From positions 310,001 to 374,000 of the forward strand of contig NGBS01000583.1 in the NCBI GenBank assembly GCA_002245135.1: a DNA stretch of 64,000 nt, read 5' to 3'. Both the position numbers and the translations under genes were made by a program. Of this stretch, positions 1 to 12,802 are shown one piece after another. Below the pieces are notes generated by a model that was given only the letters and a program-made list of their open reading frames with translations, searched no databases and had not been told where the DNA came from. This DNA is from Proteromonas lacertae. Taxonomy: Eukaryota. Numbering within the stretch: position 1 is the first letter of the stretch; each line of letters opens with the position of its first letter.

Positions 1-219
1 TAAATTCTTGGAATTTTCCTCTACAGTGTAATCTGCATCTTCGATCATTGTAATATTTCTATCGTTCGGATCATCAGACAGTATATTTTTACTGTTCTGG
101 TCTCTCGTTTCGGTTTTGATAGAGTGAATTATATCTCGTAGAGGCTTTTTACTTTTGTAATACAACATAAAACTTAAGAATAGAAGAATGCAGACAATAA
201 GCGGCTTTGAAAGCTTCAT
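1..219 (-). CDS. 5' part of a probable type II membrane or secreted protein; runs off the window
   Basis: ATG at 219 gives MKLSKPLIVCILLFLSFMLYYKSKKPLRD..., open to position 1: N-terminal hydrophobic anchor followed by a polar stem. Confidence 0.6.
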   Translation of the reverse strand, partial: MKLSKPLIVCILLFLSFMLYYKSKKPLRDIIHSIKTETRDQNSKNILSDDPNDRNITMIEDADYTVEENSKNL

Positions 220-331
220 TGATGATGAAATAAAAGTTTAATAATAAAACAAGCCTGGCTTGAGAGTAAGTTTTATTTTTATCAACGTATTATAAGTAAG
301 AGTTAGATTATTAAGTAATTTCTTTAAAAAA

Positions 332-2992
332 TCAATTTAAATAATCAAAATCGTCCTCAAAATCGTCTTTTTTCTCTGGTTCTTGCTTTTTATTACTATC
401 AATTGGATCTTTACTTGAATTCAATGGCTTATTATCTCCATCTTCCATCTCTCCTCTTTTTGATTCACTTAGAATTGATCTACTAGAATTCAAGTTATCA
501 GATTCTTTTGGTTCTGTTTTTGACACCCTTCTCTTTTGTATTGTAATTTTTTTCTTTGATCTTTTTTCGAATTTTTTCTAAATTACAATATATATCATTC
601 ATATACATACTCTTGCTAATTCTTTCTTTTTCTCCTCCTTCTTTCCCCTTTCTTGCTCAATTCTTATCTGTAAATCAATTCTTCTCTGTAATTCTTGATG
701 TCTCAACTATTTTCATTATAAACAATACAATAAATAGATAAATACTTCTGGTGGAATGTATTTCAAATCAATCTTTTTATTCACATCTTCTTCCACATAA
801 TCATCACCATTATTAATATTACTACTATTATCTCCACCACCATTATTCTTTCCATTGTTCTTTGTTTCTTCTAAATCATCTCCACCATCATTATTATCAT
901 TATCTCCAAAATCATCTTTTGTTTCATTCATTGATTTTCTACTCTTTATTGTATCATTATTATTTGTATCTGGTTCTTTCTTTCCTGTTGCCATTGCTTT
1001 TATATTCTGTTTTCTTCTCTTCACTTCAGTTTTTAATAGGCTTTCTTGGATATAATGTTCTGGATTTGTTAGATTATGATAATATTCTTTTCTCTCTAAA
1101 AATAATTTGTGGGATTTTTCTTTCTTTTTTAATTCTTCTTCCATTTCTTTCTTTTTTATTTTATCATTCTCTTCAATCATTTTCTATATATTTATATTAT
1201 CATTATTATATATAATATTACTTGTGTTTGTGAAGATAATAATTTAATTGATTTTGTTGCTTTAGGAAGTACTGTAGCACTTGAAGTAACAATTTTCTCG
1301 AATTTCTTTGTTTGTTGTTCTTCTCTTCTTCTTTCTTCTTCGATTAATGCTCTTTCGTATTTCATCTGTCTTTCTATATTTTTAGCCTTCAATGTCTTTA
1401 AAAATACATATCTCTCTGAAGATGGATTATCAAAAGAAAATGGATTGATTTTTGTTGTTTTAACTTGAACTTTGTCATTTATAGTTGTCTTGTTATTCTT
1501 TGTTTTTCCAAATAAATCATCATCATTTTTATAAATAGACTAGTTTAATATTATTATCAATAATATATATATATACTTCATCAATTTTTTTCTTCATTTC
1601 TGCAAATTCTTGACGAGATGGAGCATGAGCTTCCTCCAATAATATTTGAGCACTATTCAACATTATATATTATATACTGTGCATTGGCTTTTATCTTTCT
1701 TTGCAACCTTTCAGTTTGTTGAGTTTTTAATACTTCACCATTTGCTATTTTAGTGAGTGGATCAACTGTGTTAGCTTTAAATCTTGATTTCTTTTCTTCT
1801 AATTCTTTTTCTTCTTCTTCTTTTTGTAATTTTACTGTTCTCTTTACTCTACTTTCAAATAATCTCTCTTCCATTCCTTTGAATGGTTTAATCATCTTCT
1901 TAATCTTTTCTTTTGATTTTTCTTTTCTTGTTCTTCTTTTAAACTCTTCTATTTCCATCATTTCATTGAATAAAGGTTCTTTTACTTCTGGTGGTACTAA
2001 ATTTGCTTTAAATGGCTTAGGTTCTTCTTTTTCCTCTTCATGTTTACATCTCTAATATATTAATTAATAATATAACATATAAATATATATACAGTTCTTT
2101 TACTAAATGAAAACTCTTCTATTTTTGTTGGAGTAAATTTCTTTGGTGAAGATTTGTAAGGAGAATCTGAGCTTTTATTCTTCTTCGATATTTCATATTC
2201 ATCATTATTATACTTATTGTTATAATTCTGTTTATAGATTTCATCATATAAATCATCATCGTAATATGTCTTTTGAATAGGTTGTTGTTGAGATTGTGGT
2301 GGTGGTGGTTGTATCATATTATTATTAATAAAACTCTGGGTAGTATTAAAAAGAGTTGAAGAAGGTGATGATATATATGGATTAGTATATGATGATGGAT
2401 TAGATGAAATAGTATTCATTTGTGGTTGCTCTATCATATTATTATTATCATTAATATAACTCTGATTTGTATTGTAGTATGTAGATGATGGTGAAGATAT
2501 TTGATTTGGATTAAAATGATTTGAAGAGTGTAATTGTGGTTGTGGTTGATTAACATATGGTTCATTATAATAATTATTATATTTATCATCATCCATTAAT
2601 TCATTCTGTCGTTTATTCTTATCTTTGTAATTATCATCATCATCATCATCACTTGGGAATAAATAACTACTTAAATCTGTACTGGATGTTCTATTATCAT
2701 TGTCAGAATATGACATTTCTAATGGTTCAGAAAATGTGACTTGTTTATTATTTGTCCTTTTAGGTGAAACTACTGGACTGATTCTATCATTAAGATTATT
2801 CCAAGAATCACTTAGATTGGTTCTATTTGGATAATATGGATTATTATCATCATAAAATCGGGTTGGAGGTCTAAAAATATATTATAATATTCTTTAATAA
2901 TAAATAAAAATACTCATATTTCTGATATTCATTTATTTCTTCTTTAAATTCATAATATGTATTATTGATATAATTTCTTTGTTTATCTTCAT
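332..2992 (-). CDS. FAM161/UPF0564-like centriole/cilium microtubule-binding protein, paralog 1 (multi-exon; start uncertain)
   Basis: Exons join in frame via short GT-AG introns. KPFKANLVPPEVKEPLFNEMMEIEEFKRRTRKEKSKEKIKKMIKPFK plus repeated F-S-F and FKA motifs resemble FAM161A/B. Confidence 0.7.
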
Positions 2993-3538
2993 TATTTATA
3001 CGATATTGTTCATAATCATTAGATCTATAACAAATCAACAATTATAAACATAAAAACAATCATACGACATAAAAACTGGAGCTGCACCATTTCCTTGTTC
3101 AATATATGGATCTCTTATTCTTGCATCATTACAATATCTACTTGCAGGATTTGAAACTGGATTAAGTTCATTAATAAATTCCTCATCTATAAAAGTATCT
3201 TCATTTCGTCTTGAATTATTAGTCTTATATCTCTTTGAACTGACTAAAAATTGTGATTTGATTGTTCCATCACTATTAAACTTTTGAGAATCTTTCATTT
3301 TGGCTCTAAAGTTATAAGGAAGTGATCCACTCCTTCTGACTGCACTAGAATCAGGATGATGTTCTCCCCACTATTTTATTAACAGAAAAATATACTTTGT
3401 AAGGATGACCAGCTGGGTTTACATTCTCTTTAAAGTTTTTCTTCAATTCTTTGTAAAAATGTTTCTATATCGTTTCAACATATTGATCTATACTTTTACA
3501 TCCAATTCAAAGTTTTTTTCATGATATGAATTACTCAT
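2950..3538 (-). CDS. Hypothetical protein (MSNSYHEKNFELDVKKHFY...); may be the N-terminal part of the FAM161-like gene
   Basis: Three GT-AG introns restore the frame. It ends at TGA 2950-2952 unless a 25-nt intron at 2977-3001 is spliced. Confidence 0.55.
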
Positions 3539-3702
3539 ACAATGAGTAATCAACTAAAAATAAAAATAAAGCTTGAATGTTTGATTTAAAAATAAAGTCG
3601 TTATAACTGGCTATATATTTAATAATCGAATATTAGTATGTAGTTAATATATCAAAATAATCCCAACACAAAAATGTAAATAAAAACTTCTATATAATCA
3701 AT

Positions 3703-4404
3703 TTAAACTGGAACTGAAGATGATGGTTTCATTGAAGATTTAAAGAACTGAGAAGCCATTTTAGTTGAAGCTTTTGTGAATAAAGATCCAGCAGCAGAAG
3801 AATATGGAATATTTGTATTGGTAGCTCTTGAAGCTTTGAAAAATCCATACATATTTGTACCATGTAAAATTAATGCAGTTAATACAACTGGAATCCATCT
3901 GAATGATAATGCAAATGTTGAAAACACTAAAAATAAACCCCACAATGATATAGAAATCACTAAAACTCCCCAAAACACATAACTATCCCACATTCCAACT
4001 AAAGAACGATCCTATTATAAGAATAACTTAGATATTATTAATACTGGAATAGTTTCATACATCCATGTACTATCACCATTTTCGTTTATTTTATTCCACC
4101 ATCTTAAACCAACCATATATCGGCCTGTTATATTTTTCACTGTCCAAAAATCAAATGCAAGGCACAATTCAATTAATACAAATAATATGACGAAATTGCT
4201 TGTAATCCAAGATCCAAACATGTAAAGAGTTAAAGCAAGACATTTAAATAATAGATGAAATAATCCTGCAGTAGGATGTTTCATTGACTTTACTACTATC
4301 TGAATTGCACCTTCTTGTCTATTTTGATTAAATAGTGAAGAAAAATCTATATACTGATTTGGTGGTTGAACTAAATCTCCTTCTGGTATTTTTGAATAAT
4401 CCAT
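3703..4404 (-). CDS. TVP23: Golgi apparatus membrane protein TVP23 (FAM18 family)
   Basis: HPTAGLFHLLFK, AFDFWTVKNITGRYMVGLRWWN and NMYGF motifs; one intron. Confidence 0.95.
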
Positions 4405-4509
4405 ATTTTATTTTATGCAAACAGAAGCGAAATAAGGAAATTGAAAATGAATTTAAAAAATACACTTTCAATACAGTATTTCTTTGTATTTCATAAAGAA
4501 GTGTTTATT

Positions 4510-5568
4510 ATGGATATATCACCAGAAATATTACAGCAATATATTAAAATTGTGGATAAAAAGACAGAAACACTATATAATTCTCTCAAAATAACAGAGC
4601 AAGAGATTTCAGAGATAAGAGCAATTCAATCAAAAGTATACTTGTTGCAACTATTTATAACAGATAAAAAGCGAAACAAATGAAATTCAAAAAGAAATAG
4701 AAGAAACATCAAACATTCCAAATGACGAAAATTGGTATTGTTTATTAAATTATGTAAAATAGGGATGAAGAAACTAGAAATATCATTACTCAATATTACA
4801 AAGTAGCGAAACAGGAAAAGAGAAACATTCGAAAATATGACACAGCTATATCCCACTTAACAACATCGATAGAAAATGAAAAGAAACTAACTGAAGATAT
4901 TGATGAGAAGAAACTACAAACAGTCTCAGATCTCCATGATAGTATTATAGAAAAATATGAACAAATAAAACAAAGTATAGTTAAAAGAAACACAACAATT
5001 GGTAGATTAGAATTGATGATAGATTCTGTACCGAGTGCATCTGAACTAATACAAGTATGTTATTATTATTATTATTATTCTAAATAGTTTGAAAAAAGAT
5101 TCTTAGAATTAGGAGTTGAAAGTCAATTCAAAGTGGAAGAAACAAAGTCATATTATTCTAAATATAATATGTTACAAAGCACTTATACATCTTGTGATAA
5201 GCAGTTGATATGGATTAATAGTTTAACTCCATTTTTAGAGTCTGATATTGTTGCTAAGTTCTATAAGAAAGGTATTTTGACTGAAATTGAAGATGTTTTA
5301 ACAAGTATATTTTTTATTTTCTATTTTATTGTTTTATTTAGAACTTGATGTTTTATTAATTAATCAGAGAAAGAGTATTGCTGATAATGAAGCTGCTAGA
5401 AATAAAGCAGAAGATGAATATCGATATGTTTTGGATCAGCAGAGAAAATATTATGTTGTATATATAATATGTTTTACTTTAATGTAGTTGTTAAAAGAAT
5501 TCCAATTAGAATGCTCTAAAAATGAAAATTTGAGAAAGAAACTTCAGGAATTACAGCATGAAGAATAA
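4510..5568 (+). CDS. CCDC93: CCDC93-like coiled-coil protein (C-terminal domain only)
   Basis: Spliced IDSVPSASELIQFEKRFLEL...ETKSYYSKYNML and LLKEFQLECSKNE match the CCDC93 C-terminus; five introns. Confidence 0.75.
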
Positions 5569-5666
5569 TTTATATGATATTTATTTCTTATTTAGATGTT
5601 TTATTGTGTTTATCTAAAGAAAGCTTGAATATCTAGTTTGACTTTTTTTTCATTTTTTTCTGAATT

Positions 5667-7725
5667 ATGTATGAATACAAAGAGTATATGATTTAATTAT
5701 TGATCCAATAGAAAATTAGATTCTGATAATTCATATAGAGCAATAAATAGAGATTACAGATGGTTTTCATCATCACCTCAGCACCAAAACGCGTATTATA
5801 GATATTCAGATGAACCAACGGATAAATTACATACATCTCAGCTAAATGAATCAAGCAGAACAATATCGCCAATAATATCTCCGTCAACAAAGAGAAGTAC
5901 CTATTATAATGAAAACAGATCACCAAAGAAAGTGGTATTGCCAGGAAAAATGTTAGAGGATTGTATGTTTATTCTTGTTTGATAAATTTCGTTTAGTTTA
6001 TGATGATAATTTATATGATGCTGATAATAATATCATAAATCAAATAGAAATAACACCAAAAGTTGCTTTTGAAGAAGAAGATTCTATTCCAGAGTATTTA
6101 TTTGATGAAAGAAATGAAAAAGAAAATCAACCTCTAGTTAAATCATCAAATCCAATTCAATCACCAAATAAAAACAAAAATAAAACAAATAATAAAAGTT
6201 ATGATGATGATGAAATACCTTATACATCTAAAGCGAATTTATATAAAGCAATATTAAGAAACAAAGAACTAAAAAGAGATAAAAGGATTGTTGAAAGAAT
6301 AACAGAAATATCTTTTTCATTTTTCATTCTTGATACATAGTTATCTTGATTTCTATATCTTGAAAATCAAGTCAAGCCATTTAAAGGGATAGAAAGACAT
6401 CAGAAAGATTCAAATCGTAAAAGATTACTGAAGGAAATAGAAGATGAAAGGAAAGAGGAAGAGGATGAAAAGAATTATCGTTTTTTAGCTAATCATGTTG
6501 ATCCATTAACAAAAGTAACAAATATAAAGGAACATTATGTAAAACAAAATATAGTAAGAAAGGTGAAAGCCAATAAAAAGTATTATTTTGAATATAATCG
6601 TTCTAGTGCACAAATGATTTTCAAAGAATCGAAATATCCAAATCTCCATGATGTATGGATTTATTCAGTTATATTATATAGAAAGATGAGTATATTAGTC
6701 ATTATTATGATGATGAATTGTTTGATGTTATTGTATATACTTTGTTTTTATATTTTTTTATAACACTTAGAATAAAGCTAGAGAAACTGATGAAGTATTT
6801 ATAATAATAAGAATATTTCATTGTTATAAATATAGCCTCAAAAACCCTATACTGAAGTGAAACCATTTTCATTTGATAATCCAAAATCTAGACACTTCAA
6901 AGAGATCAGAGAGATGGAAGAGAAGAAAGAGAAGCGAAGAAAAAGAGAAGAAGAAAAACAGAAACAGAAAGAGGATGAATTAAAAAGGAAAGAAGAGAAA
7001 GAAATGAAAGCAATGATAAAGATTCAACCTGATATTATACCAATAGCTACAAGGGCATTGAAGAAGAAAATAGAAAAACAATTCGTATTTTTCATATAGT
7101 TGTATAATTGTTAAAATAGGAAGAAAAAGAAATACAAATTAAAAAAGAAAAGTTGGAAGAAATAAAGCAGAAAAGAAAAGAAAAAAGACTAAGAGAATTA
7201 TCAGAGAAGAAGAAAGTGAGTTACAATTTATTAGGTGAATTGGATGAATTATTAATGCAGAAAGATGATTCAGAAGAAGTGAAGAATATATACAATGAAA
7301 AGTTAAAACAGTTATTTACTGAAGAAGTAACAAATAGAGTGAATTATTTCAATAAGAAAGAAAAGAAAAATGTATGCATTTGTTATATTTATAAATAGAA
7401 ACCAAGAAAAGATTTAGATGCTAAATATATTCCTCCAGAAGTATATATATTTCTACTAATATTTCATTAATTATAGTTGAGATATAAGTATAGGTTAATT
7501 GCAGCACAAAATGCTTTGAAGAAGAGAAAAGAAGAAGAAAAACAAAGAAATGATAATAAAGCTAATAAAAATAAAAGTAAAAAGAGTAAAAAGAATGAAG
7601 AATCGAAAGTAGATAAATCTAAAGAAGAATCAAAAAACATTAAAGAAAAATCGGGAGAAGAAGAAAAGAAAGATGATTTTAAAGATGATTTTGATGAATT
7701 TGATGATTTAGAATTTTTAAATTAA
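5667..7725 (+). CDS. FAM161-like protein, paralog 2
   Basis: Colinear with paralog 1 (KPFKG, AN.VDPLTK, PFSFDNP, KYIPPE|LR with a shared intron, KKDDF..LN terminus). Confidence 0.65.
6308..6358 (+). other. U12-type intron, AT-AT termini (51 nt)
   Basis: Donor ATATCTTT, branch-like TTATCTTGAT, in-frame stop inside. Removal gives exact length colinearity with the intronless paralog 1. Confidence 0.75.
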
Positions 7726-7793
7726 TTGATTTAGCGTTATTTATTCTTTTATCCAAATTTTGAAAATGGTGTTCCAAAAATAATCAAGCAAAA

Positions 7794-8370
7794 ATGTTTA
7801 GTTTGATTGATTTTTTCTCATCTAATAAAAAGAATAAAGGAATATTAAACAGTGAAAACGTATAAATATACTATGTTACTGTGAATAATAGGATGATGAA
7901 AGCGAATACAATACAATTTATGTAAAAGGTGTAGGTAGTTGGTTTCCCTTTGGTCCATCAAGTAAATATGATACAACATATCCTAAAGAACTTGAAAATA
8001 TTGTATATATTTAGTTATATAATTGTTTTATTAGATGAGTGAAAGAGCTTTCGAAGAAGAGATGAGAAGAATAAATAGATTTGCAGGAGGATATTTTCCT
8101 TGTAATTTTTGTTATTATGTTGGGATTTTAGCAATGTTTGTCACATTTGGAGCTTCTTTGATGTTTCCTAGAATATGTATTAATGATTGTCTATATTTTT
8201 GCAATGAAGAGCTCGAGAGATTAAATGATCACCCAGAATCAGTGAAGAAAGATATGAAATGGAATTTAAGAAATGGATTCTTTAATTCATATATTGAAAT
8301 TCGGTATGCATTACATCCCCCAAACAAATATCCTAAAGATTCTATATACTATAAGAATTTAGATGATTAA
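7794..8370 (+). CDS. Erf4/GOLGA7/CHIC-family protein
   Basis: SKYDTTYPKELENIMSERAFEEEMRRIN, a Cys/hydrophobic middle segment and a terminal YIEI strand; two introns. Confidence 0.7.
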
Positions 8371-8384
8371 GTTATGTAATTATG

Positions 8385-9108
8385 TTAATTTAATGTTTTA
8401 TAAATATCCAAAAGCTCTTTTTCTCTTTTTGTCAATAATTTTGGGTCTTTTTCCTTCAAAGAAGATATAGTCTTGTTTTCATCAACATTCTGGAATGAAT
8501 TAATAACTATTATTAGTTTAATATAATATAATATATACACAATTGAATTCCTTCATATGTAACAGATGATTGAGCAGATATTTCATTGAAATACGAATCA
8601 TAATCATTATTGTATTCATAATAAGCAATCAAAAATAAATGCTCTATCTCTTCATGATTTCTATCTTTTGACCATGCTAAACCTTCGCTAAGAAGAAATG
8701 GAAGTTGAAAATAAAATGCAAGGTATATATGCATGTTATAATTACCATAAACAAGAAGATATCTTGACTAGTTTATCGTTTAAAAAATAGAAATATATAC
8801 AGCTGCAATTAATTGATTTATATAATTCTGAACTTCGGATTTATCTGACAATGACTTGGTTATTTCGCAAACATAGATTGAAAATTGAATCAACATTTCT
8901 ACATTTTGATTCTATCATATTGTAAATCAATAATAATCATCATACCTCCTTCAAATAGCAAAATACAATCGATACTAAACAATACAGATCTTCAAACACT
9001 TTAGTATTTTTTGTCTGGAAATGCTAACTATATAACAAAAATTCTTACATTAATTATAGTTTCAATCTCTCCTCTGTTCAAACAAGAAATCAAAGCGTTC
9101 AATTCCAT
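8385..9108 (-). CDS. Hypothetical helical protein (MELNALISCLNRGEIETIIN...)
   Basis: Four GT-AG introns give a continuous frame to TAA at 8385-8387. Confidence 0.6.
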
Positions 9109-9144
9109 TTTGAATTATTGCAATTATTTATTCCTTAAGCCAAG

Positions 9145-12100
9145 ATGGACTTTGAAAGGTGGGATAAATACAATGATGAAGATGATATTGATATGATAGA
9201 TAGAAACATTGAAGTATAAATACGTTATATAGGAAATTAGAAAGATGAAAGAGAAAGAAAGCTTAAAGAGGATGAAGATAAATTATTAGCTGAGATTAAA
9301 AATAGTCAAGAATGTTTCGAATCAAATTACGAGTTTGCTAAGTATGAAGCTAGTGAACCACAACTAGAATACAAGTATATTATATATGTTAATTGAAAAT
9401 AGTTCTTTCTCAGAAGAGGAACAAAATCTATTGAAAGAATTAGCTAATCAAAAAGTAATTTGGTATGAAGAACGAAGTAAATTGTTTACTGTAATATTGG
9501 GAATATGTAACAAGCTTGCTAAGTTTAGAAAAGAAATAAAAGAATTAAGCCCAAAAAATCATTCAAAACAAATTATAGAAATGTGTAAAAGCATTGAAGA
9601 ATATCTCTCCCAATTTGAAGTATATAATTGTAAAATATAAAATTTAGGAAAAAATCGAAGATGTAAACAATAAACTAAAACAAGAAGATGACAAAACAGA
9701 AAGCAAAGAAGAAAATAAAGAAGAAAAAGAAATTTCATTAAATGAATATAATAGTATGAAACAATATTTGGATATAATCAAACTAATTTACTGTATATCA
9801 ATGAGTAATAGTTATTATGAATTGGAAGGATATAATATATCAATGGAATATATATTGAAAGGTCAAGAAATAGAACCACTAAATAGTGAATTATGGATAT
9901 TAAGATTGAAAATAGCAATAAAATTAGAATGTTATTTATTATGCTCAATTTTGGTAGAAGAAATAGAAAGAATATATAAAAGTGATAATAAAAGAGCAAT
10001 AAAAGAAGCAAAGTCCTATGAAGATGAAATAAATAAAATACAATTTGATGAAAATAAAATAAAGCAGATTAGTGAGAATATACTTAACAAATATAAAAGT
10101 GAAAATGTGTTAGATAATTATAATAATTTATTGTTCTATGCTAAAAGATATTATAATGAAGGTGTTCTATTATGTAATGTATATATATATATATAATATA
10201 ATTATTATTATATATTTAAAATAGATGAATTTTTATAAAAGTTCTTTATTAAAACATAAACTGTCATTGTCATTATTAGATGATGTTAAAATCAGACTTT
10301 CAGAGTTTTATATAAATCATACAGCAAGTAATGATAGTTTAATCGAGAAACATGAGTATCTATTGAGTTTATATGAAGATAATTATATTGAAATGATGAA
10401 ATGTTATAGCGAGATAAATAGTTCTGCCTTATATGATGAAGCTATGAAAATACGTTCATTATGTCTTTCTATTAAATATGATAATGCTTATTTATTCTAT
10501 TATAGTGGGTTAATCTTTTATCAGAATAATTTCTATATTCGTGCTTATTATGAAATGAAAATAAGTCAGAAATATGTTGTATTGAACTGGTGATAAATAT
10601 AAAGATATTGAGGATAATGTGAATAGGATGTTGGATAGAATTAACTTTAAATATCATGAAATATACTCCAAATATTTGAATGAAATGTTTACTACTGAAC
10701 CAAATATATTATTAATATTCACAACAGGTGAAAAGATCAATACTTCTGATAATAATTTACAAAATATTCTACCAATTCAAAACTCTGATAAAACAAAGAA
10801 AGAAAATGATAATCAGCCAACAATCATTACTTCATCTAATAATAATAATAATAATAATATTCCAAAATTCGATCCAGTACAATCACTCAATAATCAAACA
10901 TATTCCTATAGAAAATGGTTAATTGATCATGGAACGTTATTCAAATATCATCGTACAAGTGTTGGTGGTACTTGTCCAGGAAGAGCAACTTTATTAACAG
11001 GTCAATACAGTAAGGTACATGGTGTAAATCAAAGTGACTTTGGAATGAAGAATATCTCTGATAAGTATATGAGATATCTAGAACCAAATGGTGTAGCTAC
11101 GTTAGGAAATTATTTATCAGATAGTGGATATGATACTGTGTTTAAAGGATTATGGAATTTAAGTTATACTACTCCAACTAAGTTGAATAGATCAAGTAGT
11201 GCTACAAATATGAACATTTTGAATAGTGAAAATGAAAAACAAGAACCAACAAAAACATTAGGTATAAAACGAAAGAGCAATTCTGATGGATTAAATCCAT
11301 TTGGTTTTGGCCAATGGGATGATGATAATAAGTTTGAAAGAGGTCCTGAAAGAGATATAGATACAACCAATAAAGTAATAGAATGGTTACAAGATAGAAA
11401 TGCAGTAGTATCAATGGAGAAAACAAGAGGCAGTCAAATTAATCCGTTTCTATTGTGTGTTGGATTATCAGGACCAGGAGATACTTGGGATTTATTAAGA
11501 GGAATTCATAGACAGAATAATGACAAAGGAAATGGTCAATTACCATGTCATGATATAAATAGTAGTTTAATGAAGACATTATACAAGACAAGACAAAGTG
11601 CTTCATTTTATGAGAAGAGAATGAGAGAAACAGATGATTGTATTGGTAATATATTACACTGTTTATTTTCTACACAATTTGCAAATGATACTATTATTAT
11701 TTTTACATCTGATTGTGGTGAAATGCTAGGAAATCATGGTATATATTATATATTTATATGTATTAATAGATTTGTATGGTTGCTGTTATAATGGATATGA
11801 AGAATCAATGAGAATTCCACTGATATTTGCAGGAGGTCCACTCAATTGGTCAAAGCATTTAATAGATAAAGATTGTTATACATCTTCAATTGATATTGCA
11901 CCTACTATATTATCGTTATGTAGTAGTAATGGCAATAAAGATAATGGTAATGGTATTGGTAGTAAAACAACTAGAAAGAGAGTATATATTTAATTGATTT
12001 ATTTATATAGTCTTTATCATTTACTGAGTTGCCTGGATTTCCTGGTCATGATTTGTCTTATTCACTTTTAACAGGAATAAAACCTGAAATAAACTCTTGT

Positions 12101-12696
12101 CATTATTATTCAAATGTGGAAGAACCTTATAGATGTAGTAATTTTGATTATTCTTCTTTGAATATTACTGAGAATAATCAATTTCCCTATTTTGGTAATA
12201 GATTTGTCAGTTTGATAATTGAAAAAGTCAATTATAAGAATAAATTTGAAGAATATAAACTAGTAAGTTATAGTAATGTAAGTCCATTATTTGGTACAAG
12301 AGATTCGACATATGCGTATAAGAATACCAATTGGGAATTAGTATCAATTCCAAACGAACTTACAAATATAGAGAATGATTATGAACTATACAATCTAACT
12401 GAAGATCCTGAAGAGAAACATAATTTGATGAAATTAGTAGGTAAAGAAGAACAGACAAATTATATTTTCCATACACTTAAATTAAAGTTGAGTAAGATTG
12501 AACAGAAATATATTCCTGTATATTTGCTATTGTTATTATTATTATTATTTAGAATGAAGATGATATAGATAAAAATATAAAGGCAATTACTAAACCAAAT
12601 ATAAAACCACAAACCTTTCTATGGAATCACAAAAAGATGATCATTTTTGTTGGAATTCTATCAATTATTATGTCATTCTTTTACATATATAATTAG
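9145..12696 (+). CDS. TPR-repeat + degenerate sulfatase domain + C-terminal transmembrane anchor
   Basis: TPR-like repeats at about 9800-10570; sulfatase motifs PNILLI, PGRATLLTG, IIIFTSD.GE, YELYNLTEDPEEKHNL; ends KKMIIFVGILSIIMSFFYIYN*. The junction near 10580-10626 needs an intron whose exact ends are ambiguous. Confidence 0.7.
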
Positions 12697-12802
12697 ATTA
12701 TAATTAAATTTTGTTATTTCTTTTTGTTTTGTTGAATGTTTAGTTAGATTTATAAGAAAAAAATGATATTAAAGATAAAAAATAAATAAATATTAGTTTA
12801 AT

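Noticed and set aside
556..2055. Plus-strand Phe/Leu/Ser-rich ORFs; similar antisense ORFs at 34873-36621 and elsewhere
   Set aside because: Antisense shadows of K/E/D/N-rich real genes.
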